The translations under genes were made by a program, and so were the position numbers. A DNA stretch of 64,000 nucleotides from Bacteroidales bacterium (GTDB lineage: Bacteria; Bacteroidota; Bacteroidia; Bacteroidales; P3), in assembly GCA_017962545.1 (NCBI GenBank), contig JAGCVD010000036.1, forward strand, positions 33,148 to 97,147, read 5' to 3'. Of this stretch, positions 58,501 to 64,000 are shown piece by piece. Below the pieces are notes generated by a model, which worked only from the letters and a program-made list of their open reading frames with translations, did no database searches and was not told where the DNA came from. The number at the start of each line of letters is the position of its first letter. Position 1 is the first letter of the stretch.

Positions 58501-59090
58501 ACGTTGGGTCTGATATTTTGGGTATACTTGTTACCGGTGTACGATGCCAAGTCGTAGGGGTTCGGATCTGCGCTGTCGCTGTGTGCTGAGAAAAGGCTGT
58601 TCGGCGCAGAGGTACAGCTGAAATAGCGGGTAGAATAGCCCGAAGTCTTCTCATGCATGGCAATCATAAGGTTGCTGGTGCCGTCATACTGGAAGGGGGT
58701 GTCGAGGACGAGGGTCACCCAGCCGGTGTAGTTCATCGGGATGGTCCATGTGCCCGAAAACACAATGTCTGAGGAGTCGACGGTTTCGAAGTCCGTATTG
58801 CCAGCGAAAGACCCGCGGGTCACGTTCTTCATGAACACGTCATAATCATTGGTCTGCGTGGCCGAGGAAGATTGACCGAGGTAGAAACTCACTTCAGTGA
58901 TGGTTCCGGCAGTACCGATCAGGCTGTCGGGATAAATCATCTCCACGAAGGAGTATCCCCAAAGGGAATTGAACGGGCCATAGTAGGAAGTACTAGTCCC
59001 GTCTCCGATGGTCACAGTGTCCTGTGCCCGCGTCGCCCAGGGCACCAGCAGTGCCGCGAGCAGAAGCAGAATTTGTAGGTGTTTTTTCAT
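52572..59090 (-). CDS. giant T9SS cargo surface protein (2172 aa)
   Basis: Signal peptide (LLVPWATRAQ). It has three copies of a ~180-aa N-terminal beta module, three FN3-like domains, and a cleaved-adhesin-like domain (NEDFESGVMPANWVIADQDGDGQNWY). It also has about 12 CDSYTWHG modules, InlB-B-repeat-like segments, and a CTD (...RLPQTGVYLVKVADLPARRVVVRQ). Confidence 0.9.
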   Translation of the reverse strand: MKKHLQILLLLAALLVPWATRAQDTVTIGDGTSTSYYGPFNSLWGYSFVEMIYPDSLIGTAGTITEVSFYLGQSSSATQTNDYDVFMKNVTRGSFAGNTDFETVDSSDIVFSGTWTIPMNYTGWVTLVLDTPFQYDGTSNLMIAMHEKTSGYSTRYFSCTSAPNSLFSAHSDSADPNPYDLASYTGNKYTQNIRPNVQLLIQPGGGTATTVTIGDTANTANYYYLPINTYFNYSLTQQLFTPEEIGGAGTITSISFNYAHTAAFASPGVQMYMKNVSKTVFASNTDMEPISASDLVWSDTLRADSAGWITINLDTPFQYDGISNLLVCCYDPTNGYPGSAYKFRTSSCSTYLALDYYSDSYVPDLTNVNSFSGSKGQRQYRNLIRLGIIPGAGPVCTRPTGLAATVTPGNGTIATLNWTADSTQTAWEVEYDTASDFSTAASVIVTDSTILNLTGLTAEATHYARVRAICGAGDTSDWSAVCDFTPSNAYSITINDGTATNGYVPVYGFYADAYLKAHYICPSTDLASMGTAALTQLTFYATQSSVNWGNANFNVYLAETTDSTISDFADVTDMTLVYSGSLGISDNMMVVPFTEEYIYMGGNLLVAVENTVEGSYVTSTWYGISAPGASVQNYSYSSLDAITPTQRDFLPKMTIEFIPTTVTCLPVRGLTASNVTSRGVTLTWTDTLNTGATYTVYDMSDTSVVATGITGTTYTVTGLTPETSYTFGVAANCSATDASRLRTVSATTLVACPMPTTLTVSDVTNHEVTLTWIDTINTGATYTVYDMSDTSVVATGITGTTYTVTGLTPETPYTFGVAANCSATDASRLLTVSATTLIACPAPTDLTMDSIYPTHARASWNDFANSYTLQYAPLPADSTGSVANPIWLSYDDSTYTNGIGNSSSQNWRWGVRYPSTMLTPGRLTKVSFFETASYSTSDYTISIYSGSATEPIMLLNSQTVTPTGSDGFHEITFTNPAMVDITQDLWIVIDAYGTYVMSACSSSEPNNQWIYNGGVWMHLGDAASSLAGNGWMIRGEITPLNLDSLTWTTVLNATSPASLTGLTPETGYITRVKGDCGAVDGESAWTMTSFTTPSPCAAPNSLTNPYVLSNRATLDWIGYQESYNVRYWQPARISNFDTANFTQIGGDSTAHDTLTQYTVSLSGFTGTGNVAFRHYHVTDMFRLNIDDIVLTNANGDTIVNEDFESGVMPANWVIADQDGDGQNWYIQSTSQDGNGHDVGNGSYCATSASYNNDVLYPDNWMIIPNVALGGTLTFVARGQDPGWAAEVFGVFVSTTPLLIPASDTTVVNNVTNPYQLTGLDSLTTYAWEVQGVNSICDGGVTAWSTSLRFTTDSVNLQAFANDTVTACNSYIWRGTNYIASTTVADTVYAPNADSIYTLVLTVNYSNTGIETVTACDSYTWHGTNYTASTNTPTYTSTNIAGCDSVTTLHLTINNSNTATETVTACDSYTWHGTNYTASTNTPTYTSTNIVGCDSVTTLHLTINYSNTAIETVTACNSYVWHGTNYTASTNTPTFTTTNAAGCDSVTTLHLTIIECSTTEITACDSYTWHGNTYTVGGTYTDGTDTLVLTINHSNTGIETVTACNSYTWHGTAYTASTSTPTDTSMNAVGCDSVTTLHLTINYSTTGDTFAIACDSFAWYGTNYISSANPTRTTTNAVGCDSVTTLHLTINNSNTGIETVTACNSYVWHGTTYNASTNTPTYTSTNAAGCDSVTTLHLTIIQCSTTDITACDSYTWFGTTYTVGGTYYHGTDTLNLTLNYSTTGTETVTACDSYTWHGTAYTASTNTPTDTTTNAAGCDSVTTLHLTINYSTTYNDGQADCDSLQWNDVWYTTSTVIIDSLQTIAGCDSIVTITLTVNHSVEIVDSVIALESYTWHDSVYTESGTYYFHTQTVAGCDSTEVLVLTIGNYYSVAIVVANTEGLLNVGGTVTGAGSYLAGTEVTLTATPDSGYLFDGWYTRSAMGFGGELITADSVYTFTLEENVVVVAMFERIGANSALLTVQVDSTLGQVLFNGQQMPFNVYRGTLGDEVTLTAVAVNNSTFLGWVNAQGDTLSRLEYFTITLEQTTMALTAAFRANVGIDAVDASNVTIIARENGVVVRGAAEAEVYVFDVVGRMVGHVSAASDEQFIRLPQTGVYLVKVADLPARRVVVRQ

Positions 59091-59152
59091 TGTTTTGTTG
59101 TTTGATTAATAAGTATTGTTAGTTGTTGTTTCTCGCAAATATCTATACCATC

Positions 59153-59179
59153 GTGTTTTCCATCCATTGTGGAAAACAC
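59153..59179 (-). other. 5'-leader stem-loop (10-bp stem) of the 2172-aa cargo gene
   Basis: gtgttttcca-tccattg-tggaaaacac, again 11 nt from the -7 box. Confidence 0.55.
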
Positions 59180-59190
59180 CTATCCGACTG

Positions 59191-59198
59191 CAAATATA
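59191..59198 (-). promoter_or_regulatory. candidate -7 box (TATATTTG on the minus strand)
   Basis: The plus strand reads caaatata, about 100 nt upstream of ATG 59090. Confidence 0.55.
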
Positions 59199-59239
59199 CA
59201 ACTTTTTTTCAAATAACACAAGGGGCCCGCGTTTTTTTT

Positions 59240-59389
59240 ACACACTCCTCCGCCCTTCGGGCACCTCCCCTAACTTAGGGGAGGAGTGGCTGCCGCAGTC
59301 GGTATCTCCGGCTGCTCCCCTAAGTTAGGGGAACTGTGGTCGGCGACCTTGTGGAGCCAGCTGTCAGCTCGGCTGACTGAGGAGTGTGT
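59240..59389 (-). mobile_element. MITE-like palindromic element, copy B (150 bp), in the terminator region between paralogs
   Basis: It has the same terminal inverted repeats (ACACACTCCTC / GAGGAGTGTGT) and the same CCCCTAA(C/G)TTAGGGG pair as copy A, in the opposite orientation. It is absent from the paralogous intergenic region 52495-52571. Confidence 0.75.
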
Positions 59390-59400
59390 CCCTTAACAAC

Positions 59401-59437
59401 ACAAGGGGCCCGCGAAAAAAAATCGCGGGCCCCTTGT
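59401..59437 (-). terminator. GC-rich hairpin terminator after the third cargo gene
   Basis: acaaggggcccgcga-aaaaaaa-tcgcgggccccttgt, with the same stem as at 52515-52550. Confidence 0.7.
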
Positions 59438-59458
59438 TGGGAGTGTTAGGTCTGGACC

Positions 59459-62400
59459 TTACTGTCTGACCACGACGCGGCGGGCAGGCAGGTCGGCGAC
59501 CTTGACGAGGTAGACGCCCGTCTGCGGCAGACGGATGAACTCTTCGTCAGAGGCAGCAGACACATGGCCCACCAGGCGGCCGACGACGTCGAAGACGTAG
59601 ACTTCGGCCTGGGCGGCGCCGCGGACAACGACACCGTTCTCACGGGCGAAGATGGTCACGTTGGAGGCGTCGACATTGTCGATACCCTCGTGGCGCACGA
59701 AGGCGGCCGTGAGCGTGGTGGTGGTCTGGTCGAGGAGGTAGTCGTAGACAGCGTCTCTGCTGATGGTGTCACCCATGGTGTTCACCCAGCCGAGGAACTC
59801 ACAGTTGTCATCCTGGCCGATGGCCTCGAGGGTCACGGTCTCGCCCAAAGTGCCACGGAAGATGTTGAAGGGTGCGCGCTCTCCATTGAAGAGGACATAA
59901 CCCATCGTGCTGTCGACCTGGACGGTCAGCAGGGCACTGTTGGCGCCGATGCGCTCGAACATGGCCACAAGGACAACGTTGCTGTCGATGGTGATGGTGT
60001 AGACACTGTCGGAGGTAATCAGGTCGCCGCCGAAGCCGAGGCCGGAACGGGTGTACCAGCCGTCGAACAGGTAGCCGCTGTCGGGCGTGGCGGTGAGGGT
60101 CACCTCGGTGCCGGCCAGGTAGGAGCCTGCGCCGGTGACGGTGCCACCCACATTCAACTGGCCTTCGGTGTTGGCCACGACGATGGCGACACTGTAGTAG
60201 ACATCCTGTGTGGTATCCACGTCGAGGATGAGGATCTCAGTGAGGTTACAGCCTTCCTGGGTCACACCATAGTAGTAGTAGGTACCGCTCTGGGTGTAGA
60301 TGCTGTCGTGCCATGCATACTGGCCGCGGGCCGAGACTGTGAATGTGTCGGTGACGCTGTAGTTGATGGTCAGCAGGAGCAGACAGATGCTGTCGGTACC
60401 CGCGCCGGAGGTCAGCGTGTCGCGGTCGACAATCGAGGCGTAGTAGGTGCGGCCGTGCCATGTGGCGCTGTCGCAAGTCACAATCGTGTCAATTGTAGAG
60501 GCGGAGTAGTTGAGAGTCAAGACGAGGGTCTCGATACTGTCGCAGCCGTTGAAGGCAGTCAGGGTGTCGTGAGCCACAGTGCTGCGCTCATAGACGGTGC
60601 CATGCCAAGTGTAGCTGTCGATGGCGAGGACGCTGTCGATAGTCTCAACGCTGTAGTTCACCGTCAGGTTGAGGACAACCGTGCTGTCGCAGCCGTTGAC
60701 AGCGGCGAAGACGGCGGTGTCAACCGTCGAGACGGTGTAGGTCACACCATTCCACTCGTAGCTGTCGCAAATGGTGACGGTCTCGGTGGTCGTGACGCTC
60801 TGGTTGATGATGAGGGTGACGGCGACGATGCTGTCGCAGCCCTCGGTGGTCTCCATGGTGTCGACGACGATAGCCGAGGTGGTGTACCAGTTGTCGTTCC
60901 ACAGGATGCTGTCGCAACCCGTGATGACATCAGTACCGGTGGCACCGTGGTTGATGGTGAGAGTCAGCGTGCAGATGCTGTCGCAACCGGCGACAGTCAG
61001 CAGCGAGTCGACAGCCGTGGTGTTGGCAGTGTAGGTGTTGCCGTGCCAGGTGTAGCTCTCGCATGCGGTGACGGTGTCATTCACATACTGGCTGTAGTTG
61101 ATGGTGAGGAGCAGCATGTAGATGCTGTCGGCACCTGCGGCGCTGTGGACTGTGTCGGTGACCACTGTGCTGGCGGTGTAGGTGGTACCATGCCATGTGT
61201 AGCTATCGCAAGCCTCCACAGTGTCGAACTCGATATCAGCGCTGTAGGTGATGGTGAGGTCGAGGATGCAGATGCTGTCGCAACCGGCTGCATTGGTCAG
61301 GGTGTCGTAGGCCACGGTGCTGGCGAGGTAGGTGTTACCGTGCCATGTGTAGCTGTCGACAGTCGTGATAGTGTCGGTATGCGAGGTGCTGTAGTTCACA
61401 GTGAGGGCAATGGTCACAACACTGTCGCAACCGGCGGTGGTCGTCAGGTTGGCGACAATCGTGGTCGAGGCGGTGTAGACCGAGTCGTTCCACAGGTAGC
61501 TGTCGCAAGCCGTCTCGGTGACAGACGCGGTAACGCTGCTGCCGATTGTCAGGTTGAGGGTCACGACGCTGTCGCAGCCGGCGGCGTTGGTCAGCGTGGC
61601 TGTGTAGATGCCGCTCTGGGTGTAGGTGTTGCCCTGCCAGATCAGGCTGTCGCAAGCGGTGATGCTCTCACTGCCGGTGTTGCTGTTGTTGATCGTGAGG
61701 TTGAGGGTGGCAATACTATCGCAACCGGCGGCGTTGGTCAAGGTGTCGACTGCCGTGGTCGAGGCGGTGTAGACATTGCCATGCCAAGTGTAGCTGTCGC
61801 AAGCGGTGACGTTCTCACTGCCGGTGTTGCTGTAGTTGACGGTGAGGTTGAGGGTCACGACGCTGTCGCATCCGTTGGCAGCAGTCAGCGTGGCGGTGAA
61901 GATACCGCTCTGCGTGTAGGTGTTGCCGTTCCAGACGAGGCTGTCGCAGGTGGCGACAGTCGCGCTGCCGGTGGTGCTGTAGTTGACCGTCAGGTTGAGG
62001 ACGAAGACCGTGTCGTTGCTGGAGGTGCTGTCGACGATCACACCAGAGGTGGTGTAGGCAGTGCCGTGCCATGTGTAGCTGTCGCAAGCCGTAACCGTGG
62101 TGGTGTCGTAGACAATCACCTGCGGCACCTCGGTGGCCACGCGCAGTTCGACGCTGTCGATCCAGGCGTAGTAGGCGTAGTTGCCATAGTAGTGGATGGC
62201 CAGCTGGACGGTGTTGATGGGCAGGGTGGCCTCGAGGTAGGCAATGTCGTTCTGGCCCGTAGTCATGTAGGCCGTGGGAGTCCAGACGAAGTCGTTGCTG
62301 TTGGCCATGCGGAAGCCGAACCAGAGGCTGTCGCTGGCGCCGTAGGTGGCGTAGCGGACGCGGACATGCAGCGAGTCGCCCTCGGCCGGGGTGTTGAAGA

Positions 62401-64000
62401 CCGGCGAGTAGGCATACTGGTTGTAGTCGGTGGCGGTGGCATACGAGCTGAAGCGCATGGCGGTGTGGCCGTCGAAGGTCACGTAGGTGATGGCGTTGGC
62501 CGTCGAGGGGGCGTCGAGCGTCCAGCAGTTGCGTGTGGCGCTGGTGGCCTCGAAGCTCTCGACGAAGGGCAGGTTGGCGTTGTCGCACAGCGTGCGGGCG
62601 CTGACGGTGGCGGGATAGGCCGAAGCCTCCGTGGCCGAGCAGTTGGCCACCACGCCGAAGGTGTAGTCGGTGTTGGCGGTCAGGCCCGTGACGGTGTAGA
62701 CCGTGTCGGTGATACCCGTTGCCACGACAGCAGTGTCGTTGTAGAGAGTGTAGGTGGCGCCGGTGACGGTGTTCCAACTGAGGCTGACGCTGTTGTTGGT
62801 GACGCCGGTGACGGTGAAGCCAGCCACATTCGGGCAGACAGAGGGAGTCACGAGGGTGAGGGTGTAGTCCTCAGCCACGCCCCAGCTGTAGGAGGCGCAG
62901 GGGTTGGCGCCGGCAGCGGCGGCAATGGAGCCGGTGTAGCTGTCGAAGTAGCTGTCAGCACCCAGGATACGCATCCTGTAGCTGCCCAGGGCCTGGTCGG
63001 CGGGGATGTTGAAGGTGCAAGTCAGCGTGGTGGGGTTGGCATTGGTGCTGGTGCCCACATAGACCACCTCGTTGCTCTCGAAGGTCATGCTGTTGTTCCA
63101 GTCGACCCAGATGATGGTGCCGTAGGTGTAGCCGGTAGCGTAGGTGATGTCGACGGTGACGGGGCTGCCGGTGGCGACCATGCCGCTCATGTTGCTGTAG
63201 TTGCGATAGCCGGCTCCCGAGGGACGGGCGGCATCGTTGGTCAGGCTGCCGAAGGCCACGCTGGTGATACCCTGGCCGTCGACGGAGGTCGGGGTGGGCT
63301 GGCAGTAGCCGGTGAAGGCGTCGACCGTGGCGAACATGGGCGTGACGTCGGTGGCCGAGCAGCGGCTCTTCACGCCGAAGGTGTAGTTGGTCTCGGCGGT
63401 GAGGCCGGTGACGGTGTAGAAGGTGTCGGTCACAGTGGCGGCAATCACGCTGGTGTCGCTCATATCATAGATAATGTATGAGGCGGCGCCGTCGACGCTG
63501 TTCCACAGGAGGCTGACGCTGTTGAAGGTGACACCGGTGACGGCGACATCCGTAACAGGCATGCAGGAAGGAATCTCCTCGACGGTCACATCGTCGACAT
63601 ACCAGTACCAGGAGGTGCTGTTGGGCGTGTGGCGCAGGGCCATGCGGGCGCCGGCGGGAACGCCGGTGTAGCGGACGGTCTTCTGGTCGTAGGCGGTGAA
63701 GTCGTTGTAGCTGTAGGTCTCCAGGGCCACGAAGGTGGTGGCGTCGGTGACGTCGGTCACGTAGCCCACCGAGAAGGTGCCGCAGTTGCTGTTGGAGGTG
63801 CTCTCGGGACGGGTCCAGAGACGCATCTGCAGGTCGCTGAGGGTACCGTTAATCTCAGGCAGGACGATGAGGTTGCTCGTCGAGCCACTGAAGCGGAGGT
63901 ACTTGGTGCTGTTGTGGGCGTAGCTGGTGCTGCTCGTCACGTTGGCGTTGCCGCTGCCGACCTTGGTCCAGCAGAGAGGTGCCGCGCCGGCATCCATATC
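59459..64000 (-). CDS. giant T9SS cargo surface protein, N-terminus outside the window (more than 1513 aa)
   Basis: The frame is open to the window end and there is no signal peptide at the tracked Met. It has FN3-like domains (CMPVTDVAVTGVTFNSVSLLW..., CPNVAGFTVTGVTNNSVSLSW...), about 13 CDSYTWHG modules, InlB-B-repeat-like segments, and a CTD nearly identical to that of the neighbouring gene. Confidence 0.9.
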   Translation of the reverse strand, partial: DMDAGAAPLCWTKVGSGNANVTSSTSYAHNSTKYLRFSGSTSNLIVLPEINGTLSDLQMRLWTRPESTSNSNCGTFSVGYVTDVTDATTFVALETYSYNDFTAYDQKTVRYTGVPAGARMALRHTPNSTSWYWYVDDVTVEEIPSCMPVTDVAVTGVTFNSVSLLWNSVDGAASYIIYDMSDTSVIAATVTDTFYTVTGLTAETNYTFGVKSRCSATDVTPMFATVDAFTGYCQPTPTSVDGQGITSVAFGSLTNDAARPSGAGYRNYSNMSGMVATGSPVTVDITYATGYTYGTIIWVDWNNSMTFESNEVVYVGTSTNANPTTLTCTFNIPADQALGSYRMRILGADSYFDSYTGSIAAAAGANPCASYSWGVAEDYTLTLVTPSVCPNVAGFTVTGVTNNSVSLSWNTVTGATYTLYNDTAVVATGITDTVYTVTGLTANTDYTFGVVANCSATEASAYPATVSARTLCDNANLPFVESFEATSATRNCWTLDAPSTANAITYVTFDGHTAMRFSSYATATDYNQYAYSPVFNTPAEGDSLHVRVRYATYGASDSLWFGFRMANSNDFVWTPTAYMTTGQNDIAYLEATLPINTVQLAIHYYGNYAYYAWIDSVELRVATEVPQVIVYDTTTVTACDSYTWHGTAYTTSGVIVDSTSSNDTVFVLNLTVNYSTTGSATVATCDSLVWNGNTYTQSGIFTATLTAANGCDSVVTLNLTVNYSNTGSENVTACDSYTWHGNVYTASTTAVDTLTNAAGCDSIATLNLTINNSNTGSESITACDSLIWQGNTYTQSGIYTATLTNAAGCDSVVTLNLTIGSSVTASVTETACDSYLWNDSVYTASTTIVANLTTTAGCDSVVTIALTVNYSTSHTDTITTVDSYTWHGNTYLASTVAYDTLTNAAGCDSICILDLTITYSADIEFDTVEACDSYTWHGTTYTASTVVTDTVHSAAGADSIYMLLLTINYSQYVNDTVTACESYTWHGNTYTANTTAVDSLLTVAGCDSICTLTLTINHGATGTDVITGCDSILWNDNWYTTSAIVVDTMETTEGCDSIVAVTLIINQSVTTTETVTICDSYEWNGVTYTVSTVDTAVFAAVNGCDSTVVLNLTVNYSVETIDSVLAIDSYTWHGTVYERSTVAHDTLTAFNGCDSIETLVLTLNYSASTIDTIVTCDSATWHGRTYYASIVDRDTLTSGAGTDSICLLLLTINYSVTDTFTVSARGQYAWHDSIYTQSGTYYYYGVTQEGCNLTEILILDVDTTQDVYYSVAIVVANTEGQLNVGGTVTGAGSYLAGTEVTLTATPDSGYLFDGWYTRSGLGFGGDLITSDSVYTITIDSNVVLVAMFERIGANSALLTVQVDSTMGYVLFNGERAPFNIFRGTLGETVTLEAIGQDDNCEFLGWVNTMGDTISRDAVYDYLLDQTTTTLTAAFVRHEGIDNVDASNVTIFARENGVVVRGAAQAEVYVFDVVGRLVGHVSAASDEEFIRLPQTGVYLVKVADLPARRVVVRQ

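Noticed and set aside
52677-63481. Very long plus-strand ORFs antisense to the cargo genes (52677..55199 at 840 aa, 56037..58589 at 850 aa, 59564..63481 at 1305 aa). Similar ones lie elsewhere (7527..8951, 41120..42562, 42388..44517, 46639..47841, 37989..39443).
   Set aside because: They are exact mirrors of well-supported genes on the other strand. Their translations are Gly/Ala/Val/Arg/His-rich low-complexity strings (e.g. VAVAGRHGLDARVAVVDGQVQGRHAVA repeating in step with the sense-strand modules). They have no signal peptides or recognisable motifs. They are stop-poor antisense frames, as expected for GC3-rich coding DNA.
49541-64000. Possibility of a diversity-generating retroelement or an invertible-promoter (invertase) system driving variation of the repeat-rich cargo genes.
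   Set aside because: No reverse transcriptase, template repeat with adenine-specific differences, site-specific recombinase or promoter-flanking inverted repeats are visible in the window. The promoters found are fixed in the ON orientation.

Overview
GC-rich chromosomal window (roughly high-50s % GC by eye, not computed) from a Bacteroidota genome, probably Bacteroidales or Prevotellaceae-like; this placement is inference. It rests on type IX secretion (T9SS) genes, a MurF-Alr fusion, TAnnTTTG -7 promoter boxes and A/C-rich leaders without Shine-Dalgarno sites. Both edges hold giant T9SS cargo genes. One plus-strand gene (3..8987) has its 5' end outside the window. Three tandem minus-strand genes lie at 49541..52387, 52572..59090 and 59459..64000, the last one truncated by the window. 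All four end in a T9SS C-terminal sorting domain. Three of them carry roughly 40 copies in total of a ~50-aa two-cysteine module (CDSYTWHG...GCDSV.TL.LT.NYS) that I cannot assign to a named family. T9SS machinery genes (gldJ-like, porP/sprF-like, porU, porV) lie at 19.4-27.3 kb. The rest is housekeeping (murF-alr, dnaJ, grpE, ispF, clpS, nfeD-floA, panB, moxR, two parvulin PPIases, guaB, a tlpA-like gene, two pepC-like peptidases, a sialidase, pdxK). There is also a low-GC RHH/YafQ toxin-antitoxin islet and a polyferredoxin / hemerythrin-like / pseudo-receiver LuxR operon. The most unusual observations are these: (1) a palindromic MITE-like element in two copies, one inserted in frame inside pdxK and one in a terminator that has a paralogous empty site; (2) an abrupt 3.8-kb low-GC segment inside the first giant ORF; (3) a conserved 5'-leader hairpin with a compensatory change in two paralog leaders; (4) a large palindrome with 11-bp tandem repeats in the guaB/tlpA divergent region; (5) heptamer-periodic spacers at five gene junctions. 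I found no tRNA, rRNA or CRISPR. Many long antisense ORFs in the track are GC-driven artefacts.
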